Shown: positions 29,666-38,574 of the stretch, one piece after another
Position numbering within the stretch: position 1 is the stretch's first letter
Layout: each line of letters starts with the position of its first letter
Origin: an uncultured Acidobacteriota bacterium
GTDB taxonomy: Bacteria > Acidobacteriota > Thermoanaerobaculia > Multivoradales > UBA5704
Direction: 5' to 3'
Length of the DNA stretch: 64,000 nt
Assembly: GCA_963770895.1 (NCBI GenBank)
Contig: CAVYRF010000002.1
Coordinates: 1,024,001-1,088,000, forward strand
The notes under the pieces: generated by a model
What the model was told of the DNA's origin: nothing
The model's database searches: none
The model's input: the letters and a program-made list of their open reading frames with translations, nothing else
Translations under genes and position numbers: made by a program

Positions 29666-31287
29666 TTGCGACGGCTCTGCGTATCCTGGCAACCCGCCTG
29701 CCCCGGCTGCCCCGCCTGTCCGTGCTGTCCGTCCTGGTGGTGGCGGGGTTGGCCGGTCCAGGTCTGGCCGGTCCGGCTGCCCAGGCGGCTGCGGCACCCG
29801 GTCCCCAACCCGCTCCTCAGGCCGCGCCGGCCGCCCCTGACGCCGCCGGCCAGGCGTCGACGCAGAACTTTGCCGAGAAGGTCCTGGTGCGCGAGATCGA
29901 AGTCATCGTCGAGATCCCCACCACGCTGCGCGAGTCGCGGCGCAAGGAGCTCGGCACGCGCGATTTCCAGGTGCAGGAAGACGGCGTCTTCCGGCAGGTG
30001 GTCAAGGCGTCGCCGGTGGCCTCCGCGGGCGACCCTTCGCCCTGGCGGCTGGTGCTCTATTTCGACCGCGTCCTGGCGGACCCCGCGACCATCTTCGTCA
30101 CTGCCAATGCCCTGGCCCGCCATGCCGGCCACCTCGCCGCCCTGGGCGAAGTGGACGTCGTGGTGGCCGATCCGCTGCCGCACTCGCTGCTCGTGACCCA
30201 CGAGCCGAAGGACCTGGAGCAAGCCCTGATCGACGTCGCCGCGCGCGCCGAACGCCAGCGCAGCGGCGAGGCCAGCGCGACCCCGCGGCCCGACGCCGCG
30301 GCGGTGACGACGCAGGAAGACCGCCTGGTCAACCTGCTCACCGCCATGCCGCCCGGCGGCCCCCACGCGCTCTTCCTGGTCGCCAACGGCTTCGACACCT
30401 CGACCTCGGGCGGCAATGCCGACCATGCCGCCCAGGCCGTCGCCGAAGAACCGGCGCGCACCCTGGCGGCCTACGGCTGGGTGACCTTCGCCGCCCCGAT
30501 GCGCAAGGACGAAAAAGACGTCGAGCGGCGTGAGGTCACCGACATCGAGCGCATGCGCCAGGCGGAATCCGGCACGCCGGGCAGCGTGGTGCCGCCCGAA
30601 ACCGCGGCGCAGCTCGGGCCGCGCTCCAAGCTCAACTACGACGGAGTGCTCGACCTGTTCACCGAGCCGGCCTCCGCCTCGCTCAACGCCGTGGCCGCCG
30701 CCACCGGCGGCACGGTCGTCGGCTTCCCCAGCCAGCTCGACGGGGTGATCGCCGGCATCGCCAAACGCTGGCACCTGTTCTATCTGGCTCCCGACCCCGA
30801 AGACGGGCGCCCGCATCCGGTCGAAGTGCGGCTGGTCCCCGAAAACAACATCCTGCGCGCGCCGGTCTGGCGCCGCTCCTCGACTCCCGACGAAGCCAGC
30901 GCCGCCCGCGCGCGCCAGCTGCTCAGCGGCGCCGCCGACCACGGCACCCTGACGGTGCGGGCGGCCGCGTCGCCCCACGCCGTGCGCGTCACCCTGGGCG
31001 CCTGGAGCACCCCCGACAACAACCCGCCCGGTCCCTTCCGCGTCACCTTCGCCTTTGCCAGTGCCGGTGCCGGCGCCACCGCCGGCGCCAACAGCGCTCC
31101 CGTCGTCGTCCAGCACCGCCTGCTCACCCAAAGCGACCTGACCGAAAAAGGCTGGACCTCCACCGTGGCCGTCGACATCCCCGCCGCCAGCCGGCGCGTC
31201 GCGATCACCGTCGAAGACCTGGCGCACCAGCTGTGGGGAGGCACCACCCTCGACCTGAACCCCGCCGCCACCGCCGGCCACCCCTAG
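29662..31287 (+). CDS. Secreted VWFA-related (acidobacterial-type) protein, degenerate
   Basis: Signal peptide; FAEKVLVREIEV, DFQVQEDG, AAATGG, DGRPHPVEV motifs; ATGA overlap with ggt. Confidence 0.55.
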   Translation: MIATALRILATRLPRLPRLSVLSVLVVAGLAGPGLAGPAAQAAAAPGPQPAPQAAPAAPDAAGQASTQNFAEKVLVREIEVIVEIPTTLRESRRKELGTRDFQVQEDGVFRQVVKASPVASAGDPSPWRLVLYFDRVLADPATIFVTANALARHAGHLAALGEVDVVVADPLPHSLLVTHEPKDLEQALIDVAARAERQRSGEASATPRPDAAAVTTQEDRLVNLLTAMPPGGPHALFLVANGFDTSTSGGNADHAAQAVAEEPARTLAAYGWVTFAAPMRKDEKDVERREVTDIERMRQAESGTPGSVVPPETAAQLGPRSKLNYDGVLDLFTEPASASLNAVAAATGGTVVGFPSQLDGVIAGIAKRWHLFYLAPDPEDGRPHPVEVRLVPENNILRAPVWRRSSTPDEASAARARQLLSGAADHGTLTVRAAASPHAVRVTLGAWSTPDNNPPGPFRVTFAFASAGAGATAGANSAPVVVQHRLLTQSDLTEKGWTSTVAVDIPAASRRVAITVEDLAHQLWGGTTLDLNPAATAGHP

Positions 31288-31361
31288 CGACTCGAGTCAC
31301 CCGTTCCGCCCGGCGGCCGCGCGACCGCTCCTTGCGCACTGCGGCCCAGCGCGGCGTTCCG

Positions 31362-32939
31362 TCAGACCACCAGGTCTTCGGGCGGCGGCGGCGCGCCGAG
31401 CAGGTCCGCCAGGATCGCCAGCGCGGCGTCCAGCTGCCGCGCTTCGGCGGCGGCGCCCAGGCAGATGCGCACCGCGGCGGGGGCGGACGCGGCGGGAGCA
31501 GCGACAAAGGCTGGCGCCGCATTGACGGCGACGCCGCGACGCCGCGCCCACTCGACGAACGGCGCGGCCTGCCAGGGCGGGGGCAGCGTCAGCCACAGGT
31601 GGCAGCTGTGCTGGTGGGACGCCCAGTCCAGGCCGGCGAGCCGGGTGCGGGCGACGTCCTGCCGCCGCGCCACCTCGCGGCGTTTGGCCTCCACCAGCCG
31701 CCGCGCCCGCCCATCGCGCAGCCAGCGGGTCGCCAGGTCGAGCAGTGACGGCGCCGCCACCAGGCCGGACGCAGCCACCTCCGCCTGCAGCCTGGGCACC
31801 AGCGGCTCCGGCGCCACCAGGTAACCCAGACGCATCCCCGGCAGCAGCGCCTTGGCGCCGCTGGTGATGTGGCAGGTGCGCTCCGGCGCCAGCGCCGCCA
31901 GCGGCGGCAGCGGCCCCGGCAGCAGAAACTCGTACGCCCCGTCCTCGATCAGGGTCAGGTCGTGCAGGCGCGCCAGCGCCACCACCTCGCGGCGCCGCGC
32001 CAGCGACATCACGGCGGAGGTCGGATTGTGCAGCGATGGCTGGCAGAAGACCGAACCGCCGCGCCCACCCGCGCAACGCGCCGCGAGGGCCGCGGGAACC
32101 AGGCCCTCGCCATCGATCGGCACGGCCTCCAGGCGCAAGCCGAGCAAGCGCGCGGCCGCCTTGACGCCCGGATACGTGAGCTCCTCCACGAACAGCGGGT
32201 CCCCCGCACGCGCCAGGGCCGCCAGCGTCACCAGGATGGCGTGCTGTGCACCGCTCGTCACCACCACCTGGTCCGCCACCGGCCGCCACTCGCCCCGTCG
32301 CGCCCACGCGGCGCCGGCAGCGCGATGCTCGCCCCCGCCGCCCGGCGGGTAGCGATACGCCAGGCCCCCCAACATCAACGCCGCGCTGCCGCCCGCCGCC
32401 GCCGCGCCCAGGTCGCCGGCGCCCGCCGCCACAAAGTTTGCCGACAGGTCCACAAAGCCCAGCCGGCCGCCGGGGGCACGGCGGCCACCGGCGCCGAGGC
32501 CTGGGGGGCGTTCAGGGCCTGCCGGGCTGCCGTAGCCTCCGGGGCCTGCCGGGCTGCCGAGGCCTCCGGGGCCTGCCGGGCTGCCGAGGCCGCCGTAGCC
32601 GCCTACGTCCCCTGTGCCGATGGCATCTCTACCTTCACCGGGTGTATGCGTCCGGCTGCGTCCGCCAGGCGAGCCCGAGCTCTGGACGCCGCCGGCGATG
32701 ACGAAAGTGCCGCGCCCCACCGCACCCTGCACCAAGCCCTGCTCGGCGGCTTCCCGGTAGGCGCGGCTGGCAGTCACGATGGAAGTGCCCAGGCTCCGGG
32801 CCAGCTCGCGATGGGTCGGCAACCGCACGCCGGGCCGCACCTTGCCGCCCTCGATATCCAGCCGCAACGCCGCCGCCAGCCGCTGGTGAATCGGTCCATC
32901 ATCCGTCGTCAGCCAAGGCACCCAGCCAGCCATTGTCAT
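31362..32939 (-). CDS. MocR/GabR-family regulator (GntR wHTH plus PLP aminotransferase-like domain)
   Basis: RLPTHRELARSLGTSIVTASRAY...GRGTFV; TSGAQHA, HNPT, IEDGAY, SGAKALLPGMRLGY. Confidence 0.92.
   Translation of the reverse strand: MTMAGWVPWLTTDDGPIHQRLAAALRLDIEGGKVRPGVRLPTHRELARSLGTSIVTASRAYREAAEQGLVQGAVGRGTFVIAGGVQSSGSPGGRSRTHTPGEGRDAIGTGDVGGYGGLGSPAGPGGLGSPAGPGGYGSPAGPERPPGLGAGGRRAPGGRLGFVDLSANFVAAGAGDLGAAAAGGSAALMLGGLAYRYPPGGGGEHRAAGAAWARRGEWRPVADQVVVTSGAQHAILVTLAALARAGDPLFVEELTYPGVKAAARLLGLRLEAVPIDGEGLVPAALAARCAGGRGGSVFCQPSLHNPTSAVMSLARRREVVALARLHDLTLIEDGAYEFLLPGPLPPLAALAPERTCHITSGAKALLPGMRLGYLVAPEPLVPRLQAEVAASGLVAAPSLLDLATRWLRDGRARRLVEAKRREVARRQDVARTRLAGLDWASHQHSCHLWLTLPPPWQAAPFVEWARRRGVAVNAAPAFVAAPAASAPAAVRICLGAAAEARQLDAALAILADLLGAPPPPEDLVV
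32515..32591. repeat. 27-bp tandem repeat (about 3 copies) in the MocR linker, encoding GG[LY]GSPAGP
   Basis: GGGCCTGCCGGGCTGCCG at 32515, 32542 and 32569. Confidence 0.85.
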
Positions 32940-33260
32940 ACCCTAATTGTACTACGACACCAGATCAGCAGGATCGCCTGCGCCAGCCCCGCAACCCAGA
33001 CCCACGCCGGGCCGGCCCGCCAGAGCCCCTTCAGCCCCCTCCATCCTCGCCGGCTCCGCCAGTCCCCCCAACCATCCACCGGCCGTTCAAACAACACCGA
33101 GGCCATCGCCTTGTCCGCGCTTGGCCTGTGAGCCGCGCCCGGCTGCCAGATCGTGGCGACAGCACATTGTCATACTCAGATTGTACTACTTGATTGGTTT
33201 TACAGTCCGGATCTATAAAAGGGGTGAACGGGAATTCAAGCCGATTGTACTAGGACAATT
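32931..33260. promoter_or_regulatory. Repeated ATTGT(A/C) boxes between the divergent MocR and phzF genes (candidate operators/promoters)
   Basis: CATTGTCATACnCnnATTGTACTAC at 32931-32955 and 33165-33189 (22/25 identical); ATTGT-N6-ACAAT at 33244-33259. Confidence 0.65.
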
Positions 33261-33289
33261 GAGCCTTTGAAGCCCCCGAGGAGAGCACC

Positions 33290-34099
33290 GTGCGGGTCTA
33301 CCACGTCGATGCCTTTACGTCCCGTCCCTTCGCCGGCAACCCTGCCGGCGTGTGCCTGCTGCAGCAAGCCGCGGACCCCGCGTGGATGCATACGCTGGCG
33401 GTCGAGCTGAATCTGCCCAAGACCGCCTTCGTCCTGCGTCAGGGCGCCGGCGGCAATCGCTTCGATCTGCGCTGGTTCGGCTTCGACGGCGAAGCACAGC
33501 TGTGCGGCCACGCCACCCTCGCCGCCGCGCACGTGCTCTGGGAGAACGGCATGGTGGCGGCCGCCAACCCGATCGAATTTTCCACTCTGAGTGGAACGCT
33601 CGTGGCGCGCCGGGCCGGGCAGTGGATCGAGCTCGACTTCCCCGCCGAGCTGGCCGCTGCCGAGCACAGCCAGGCGCTGGTCGAAGCACTCGGCATCGAG
33701 CCGCTGTGGATGGGCCGCAACCGATTGCACCACCTGATCGAGTTGGTCGACGAGGATGCGGTGCGGTCGCTGCGGCCCGATTTCGTGCGGCTCGCCGCCG
33801 CCTCTCCGCCGGCGCACGGCGTCATCGTCACCGCGCGCGCCGCAACCCCGGACATCGACTTCGTGTCGCGGGTTTTCGTGCCGCTGGCCGGCGTCAACGA
33901 AGATCCGGCGACCGGCTCGGCGCACTGCGCCCTGGGTCCCTATTGGGCAGCCAAGCTGGGCAAGAAAGAGCTGCTGGCCGTGCAAGCCTCCGCCCGCGGC
34001 GGCAGCCTTCGCGTCCGCGTCGCCGGCGACCGGGTGCACATCGCCGGTCAGGCTGTAAGCTTGCTTTGCTGCCAGCTGGTTGGCGGGAGGGCTGCGTGA
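33290..34099 (+). CDS. PhzF-family isomerase
   Basis: VDAFTSRPFAGNPAGV, LCGHATLA, EDPATGSAHC. Confidence 0.9.
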   Translation: MRVYHVDAFTSRPFAGNPAGVCLLQQAADPAWMHTLAVELNLPKTAFVLRQGAGGNRFDLRWFGFDGEAQLCGHATLAAAHVLWENGMVAAANPIEFSTLSGTLVARRAGQWIELDFPAELAAAEHSQALVEALGIEPLWMGRNRLHHLIELVDEDAVRSLRPDFVRLAAASPPAHGVIVTARAATPDIDFVSRVFVPLAGVNEDPATGSAHCALGPYWAAKLGKKELLAVQASARGGSLRVRVAGDRVHIAGQAVSLLCCQLVGGRAA

Positions 34100-34458
34100 T
34101 CGACAAGGAAACGATCCTCAAGCGCTTCGAGAGTCCCGACGAAACCCGCCTTTTCGAAAAAGGGCGCTTCGACGTGGTGAGGGTCGGCGGCATGACCATC
34201 GGCCGCGCCTGCTACCAGCCCGGCTGGAAGTGGTCGCTGCACGTGCGGCCCATCGCCGGCACCGACCTCTGCACCGTCGAGCACGTCGGCATGGTGCTCT
34301 CGGGTCGCGCCGCCGTGGCCTACGCCGACGGGCGCCAGGATGAGCTCGCACCCGGCACCCTGTTCTACATCCCGCCCCTGCCTCACGACAGCTGGGTCAT
34401 CGGCGACCAGCCCTACATCTCCCTCCACTTCCAAGGCGCCGCCGACTACAGCCGCTGA
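34096..34458 (+). CDS. Cupin-domain protein
   Basis: GTGA overlap with phzF; QPGWKWSLHV...CTVEHVG...PPLPHDSWVIGD. Confidence 0.85.
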   Translation: MIDKETILKRFESPDETRLFEKGRFDVVRVGGMTIGRACYQPGWKWSLHVRPIAGTDLCTVEHVGMVLSGRAAVAYADGRQDELAPGTLFYIPPLPHDSWVIGDQPYISLHFQGAADYSR

Positions 34459-34480
34459 ACCCACACCGGCGCCGCGCAGT

Positions 34481-34687
34481 CCCACGGCGCCACCCCACGC
34501 TCCCCCCGGCAGCGACCGCACTGCCGGTCCTGCCGCCCGCGGCGAACCAGCCTGGCGGAGGACGGGACGGTGGATCGCATGCGCTCAGCGGGCCAAATGC
34601 GGCAGGCGAGCCGCCCAAACGCCATCGGGCGCCGCGAGCTCCCACGGCACCACCCCACGCTCCCCCCGGCAGCGATCGCGCTGCCGG
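34481..34687. repeat. Two 47-bp intergenic direct repeats, each ending in a GC hairpin
   Basis: CCCACGGC(G/A)CCACCCCACGCTCCCCCCGGCAGCGA(C/T)CGC(A/G)CTGCCGG at 34481-34527 and 34641-34687. Confidence 0.8.
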
Positions 34688-35157
34688 CCTTACCCCTCGC
34701 GGCACGGCAAGCAGGCGGCCAAACAGGGCGGCAGATCCACTGCACCGCACTGAACCGACCACCCAGGCCGCAGCCAACCGCTCAAACCTTTCCAGGCGCC
34801 GCACCGGTTCGGCGGTGCTCCCCTCATCTGGTCCCCGAGGCGAGCGTGCTGCTTGGTCTTGATCACTGGAACGCGGCGGAGGGACGACGAACGGGACGGC
34901 AAAGCCATTGCGAGGAGGCCGCAGGAGCGGCGGACCAACAGCTCGATTGCAGTCCAGCAGACCGATCGGCCAATGGGTCAGCGGCAGGCCAATGCTCACC
35001 ATCAGCGATCGTGTCCCGCTATTTGCTGCTGGCGGCTACTTAGTCAAGTGAAGCGCCTGGAAGGCCCGTGTGTTGAATGTGCTGTAACGCTAGTCCTACA
35101 CATGGGACGAAAAATGTCTAACCGCGGGCCAGAAATGCAGTACACTGAGGAACGGTC

Positions 35158-35979
35158 ATGGAAACCTACCCGGCCGACGAGCAGGAAGTCCGTTACTACG
35201 CGGGAGTGCTGCGCCATGCGATCCGCGCCGCGGGCTTCTCGGTCAGCGAGATCGAGCGCCAGCTGGGCGCCGGCCCCAAGGCGCTGCGCCGGGTCTTCGG
35301 AGGCCAGGTCGATCTCAAATTCAAGCACGTGGTTGCGGTGCTGCGCGTCATCGGCATGCCGCAGGAGGAGTTCTTCGCCATCGCCGCTTCGCGGCGGCGC
35401 AAGCGCCGCTCGCCGGGAGGCGAGCTGCTGGCCATGATGCACCTCGGCCAGCGCACCGACACACCGCCGCTCGCGGAAATCGAGCCGCCGCCGCCGGGAC
35501 ATGCCGGCGCGCCTCTCTCCGACAACGCATTCGACGATTTGGTCGAAGAGGCCGTGAATCGGGTGATGGAGCGCCGCGCCCGCCAGGGAGGCTCGGCAAC
35601 CCAGAAGGCACCGCAGGACGCACCAGAGTCGGAGGCCGACGCGGAGACGGACGACGAAGAGCTGGACGACGACCTTACCGGCTCCGATGGTCCAGGCGGC
35701 TACCGGACCGGCGCCGAGTCAGCTGCGCCACACGGCCAGACGATCGGGGGCACCGGGTCGACCGGAGGGGCTGAAGGGGCAGCCGCGCCAGACCAGCCGG
35801 GAGATCGACGACGACGCCTGAAAAAGGGACCGGCAACGCCAGAGGAAACCGTCGCTGGCAAGCGGGGCAGCCAGGTTGACGCAGCAGATCCAGACGCTCT
35901 CGGCGCTACCAGCCAGGACCAAGCCGACGGCCCCAGCCAAGGCACCGACGACGACGCCGAGCGAGCCCGCCGCCGCTGA
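35158..35979 (+). CDS. XRE-like HTH transcriptional regulator with long acidic/disordered C-terminal tail
   Basis: LRHAIRAAGFSVSEIERQLGAGPKALRRVFGGQVDLKFKHVVAVLRVIGMPQEEFF; SD GAGGA. Confidence 0.72.
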   Translation: METYPADEQEVRYYAGVLRHAIRAAGFSVSEIERQLGAGPKALRRVFGGQVDLKFKHVVAVLRVIGMPQEEFFAIAASRRRKRRSPGGELLAMMHLGQRTDTPPLAEIEPPPPGHAGAPLSDNAFDDLVEEAVNRVMERRARQGGSATQKAPQDAPESEADAETDDEELDDDLTGSDGPGGYRTGAESAAPHGQTIGGTGSTGGAEGAAAPDQPGDRRRRLKKGPATPEETVAGKRGSQVDAADPDALGATSQDQADGPSQGTDDDAERARRR

Positions 35980-36069
35980 ACCCCCAATTGCCGCTGCCTA
36001 GCGGCCGCGAGCAGAGGAATCGATAGCGCCTGGCTTGCCCTCGACAGCACGGGCTGCGGTTGCTCCCTG

Positions 36070-36144
36070 CCGGGAGTGCCGGGCCAAGCGACAGCCCCGG
36101 CCGACCTACCGGGAGTGCCGGGACAGGCGACAGCCCCGGCCGAC
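36070..36144. repeat. Intergenic tandem repeat, 2 copies, 39-bp period
   Basis: CCGGGAGTGCCGGG(C/A)CA(A/G)GCGACAGCCCCGGCCGAC at 36070 and 36109. Confidence 0.8.
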
Positions 36145-36219
36145 TCCTCGACATAGGTTCAACCATGCCTGCGTCGGCGCGCCTGGCCCGCGCCGCCGAA
36201 TGGCGATCGCAACGGGCGG

Positions 36220-37569
36220 TCAGCCAGGCACGGCCGGCGAGCTGGATGGGCGCGCCTGGCGCTCAAAGTCTCGCACGAAGCCGATGGCCATCTCGATCCC
36301 GTCGACGAGCTGACCGCCCACCAGGCAGGCCCGCCGCAGCACCAGCAGTGCCGCGATGGCCTCGCGGCCGATGCGCAGGGCTCGAAACGTTTCAACGACG
36401 TCCTCGCACAGCGAGTACACTTCGGCGACCCGCCCCTGGCGCGACCAGAGGAGCGCCAGCTGCAGGCCGATGCGCGCCGCCGGATAGATCTGCTGGCGAT
36501 CGGTGAACTCCTGTCGCGCCTGCTGGAACGCAGCTTCAGCGCTATCGAGCTTGCCGAGCCCAGCCAGGATGGTGCCTTCGAGCCAGCGCACGCGGCACGG
36601 CTCGATCCCGTCGAAGAGCGCCCGACAGCGCCATAGCAGACGTCGAGCGGCGCGGAAGCGGCCGAGATCGACCAAGTCGCCTATCAGGTTCCAGATGGTC
36701 ACGTTCACCAGCTCCCGATCGGCATCCAGATCGAGCAGGTCGAGCCCCCGGAGCTGCAAGACCAGCGCTTGCGCCGTCTGGTGGTCGTAGAGGGCGAGCA
36801 CCCCCTCGTTGATGAGCATCCTGCCGGCGAGCCGCCAGCGCCAGGCACTGGCATGGCTTTCGTAGGCCAGGGCGAGGAGCTCGCGCCCTTGCGGCGCCTG
36901 GCGTTGATATCCCAGGAGCGAAGCCAGCAGCTCGGCCACGCGAGCCAGCAAGAGATCGGAACCCGACCCCCGCCGGCACCAGTAGACGGCGCGATGCATG
37001 GCGCCGGCAGCACTGTGCAGATCGTCGCAAACTCGATAGGCGTTGGCCAGCTCGGCCCAGGCGAGCCCGCGCAGATCCGCGACCACCCGGCTGCCGTGTT
37101 CCCGCGCCCGCAAGCGGTCGGCGGCACAGACCGCCAACCTGGCGCAGGAGATCATGTCAGCAGGCGATTCTTCGCTCAGGCTGCGGCTGGCTTCCATCAG
37201 CGCCTGCAGGCGCTTGAGGCCGCTGGATCGACTGGCGCCGGCGGCGGTCAGGCTCCAGATGCGGCGCCCCTTCAACAGGCGGGCCAGAGTGTCGGCGGCC
37301 GCCTTTTTGGGGTCCCTGGCAGGTCTTTTCCTGCCGGGGGCCGCTACGGCTCCCACTGCGCCTGGGGCGCTCGGGGTGCTTGCTGCGGTCCGCAAGCGGG
37401 CCGCGGCCTGCGCCGGCCGCAGATCGTGCGGCCCTTGCGCCGGCCGTGACGGGCGCGCGTTGCGAGGGGCCGCGGCTGCCGCGCGGCGGCGAGTCTTTGG
37501 GTGGGCGGTCAGAGGCGCTTTGCGATCCTTGGGCACTTTGAATCTCTCCTGAGCTGTACATTGTGCCAT
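36220..37569 (-). CDS. TPR-like helical repeat protein, paralogue of 18227-19645
   Basis: LMEAS...PADMISCARLAV...AWAELANAYRVCDDL...RWLEGTILAGLGKLDSAEAAF. The N-terminus is Arg/Lys/Ala-rich and the start is uncertain. Confidence 0.72.
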   Translation of the reverse strand: MAQCTAQERFKVPKDRKAPLTAHPKTRRRAAAAAPRNARPSRPAQGPHDLRPAQAAARLRTAASTPSAPGAVGAVAAPGRKRPARDPKKAAADTLARLLKGRRIWSLTAAGASRSSGLKRLQALMEASRSLSEESPADMISCARLAVCAADRLRAREHGSRVVADLRGLAWAELANAYRVCDDLHSAAGAMHRAVYWCRRGSGSDLLLARVAELLASLLGYQRQAPQGRELLALAYESHASAWRWRLAGRMLINEGVLALYDHQTAQALVLQLRGLDLLDLDADRELVNVTIWNLIGDLVDLGRFRAARRLLWRCRALFDGIEPCRVRWLEGTILAGLGKLDSAEAAFQQARQEFTDRQQIYPAARIGLQLALLWSRQGRVAEVYSLCEDVVETFRALRIGREAIAALLVLRRACLVGGQLVDGIEMAIGFVRDFERQARPSSSPAVPG

Positions 37570-37809
37570 CGATTACGCACAAGCGGTAGTATCGGTTGAC
37601 CTCGAGACTCAAGAAAAATGCGCGAACAGGACCGCCAGCCGCACCCCAAGGGCACGAGAGGGAGACGCCGAATGCGACGTAAAGGCGCATCAACAAAGGC
37701 GAATCAGCGCCGGACGGAACTGCGACAGGACGGCTGCGAGCTCTTGAGCCATCGTTCTGCCGATCCGGGCCAGGCGGAGTCGGGGACTAGCTTTCGGGGT
37801 GTCGTGTCG

Positions 37810-37858
37810 AAAAACGGCCCCGCGCGACCTCGGGTTGGGTTCGCGGCGCGCGGGGCCG
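37810..37858 (-). terminator. Rho-independent terminator after DPNG peptide 2
   Basis: 12-bp inverted repeat CGGCCCCGCGCG/CGCGCGGGGCCG (37815-37826, 37847-37858) followed by TTTTT on the minus strand. Confidence 0.7.
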
Positions 37859-37865
37859 AGGACTT

Positions 37866-38147
37866 CTATGGCTGGATCGCCGTTCCTACGACGCAGAGCC
37901 CATTGGGGTCTTTGTTGAAGGCGCAGGTCACGACCGGGCCAGTGCCGTCGGCCAACCGCACCGGCTTCCTGGCTGCCGGGGAGCCCTGCAATCGGTCGAG
38001 GCCTACGAAGTGGGCCACGGCTTGCGTCGCGGTATCGATCCAGCTCCCGGTGGCCCCAGGCCTGCTGGCAGCGGCGGGGGTCGCGAGCGTGAGTACGAGG
38101 CCCAGGGTTGCGGCGCTCAGGATGGGGTGATTGGATGTTGCGGGCAT
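37866..38147 (-). CDS. Small secreted peptide precursor (93 aa) with Cys-flanked DPNG motif
   Basis: SD AAGGAGG; signal peptide ending ATPAAA; ...VTCAFNKDPNGLCVVGTAIQP. Confidence 0.72.
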   Translation of the reverse strand: MPATSNHPILSAATLGLVLTLATPAAASRPGATGSWIDTATQAVAHFVGLDRLQGSPAARKPVRLADGTGPVVTCAFNKDPNGLCVVGTAIQP

Positions 38148-38288
38148 GAGAACCTCCTTCGGCCGCGGGCAGTCTGGAGGCCGGCATGGTTTCCAGCTTC
38201 CGCGGTTGCTCCTTCGGAGCCGTCCGACCGGGTGAGCGGCGGACTACCGGTTGCAGCAGCCCGTTGCTCCCACCATCGGCTGACAGCT

Positions 38289-38297
38289 ATTATAGCA
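38289..38297 (-). promoter_or_regulatory. Extended -10 element for DPNG peptide 2
   Basis: TGcTATAAT (consensus) inside a conspicuous AT-rich patch at 38285-38340. Confidence 0.6.
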
Positions 38298-38574
38298 ATA
38301 AATTGGAATATAGGCATTATTGAAGTTTCAGAATAAAGGCGCCGCCAGAGCCGCCGTACCGCGGCGTGCCGGACCTGTGCCCGGCGGAGTCGAAGTGCGC
38401 ACAAAAGAAAGACACTTACCGGCGGCAATCGGGTTACGAGACGGCGGAACGCCACGCGGCCCGCGCCAGCGCGCAGCCGCGTCAGCCTTGACCTGCTTGG
38501 CCAGGCAAGCCTATTCTCGACATCTCTTGGAGTAGCCAGCGTCGCATCGCTCTCTTCCGTGAAAGGAGATGGTC

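Noticed and set aside
34397-35043. Several overlapping ORFs in the gap between the cupin and XRE genes
   Set aside because: No SD, no recognisable motif, atypical composition; treated as non-coding.
34481-36144. Direct-repeat pairs as a possible CRISPR array
   Set aside because: Only two copies each, spacer lengths are wrong (113 bp and 3 bp) and there are no cas genes.
38150-38282. Leader of DPNG peptide 2 has hairpins and a GGAGC...TGCAACCG segment reminiscent of c-di-GMP-II
   Set aside because: The 5' half of the motif and the pseudoknot are not recognisable; a covariance-model search is needed.
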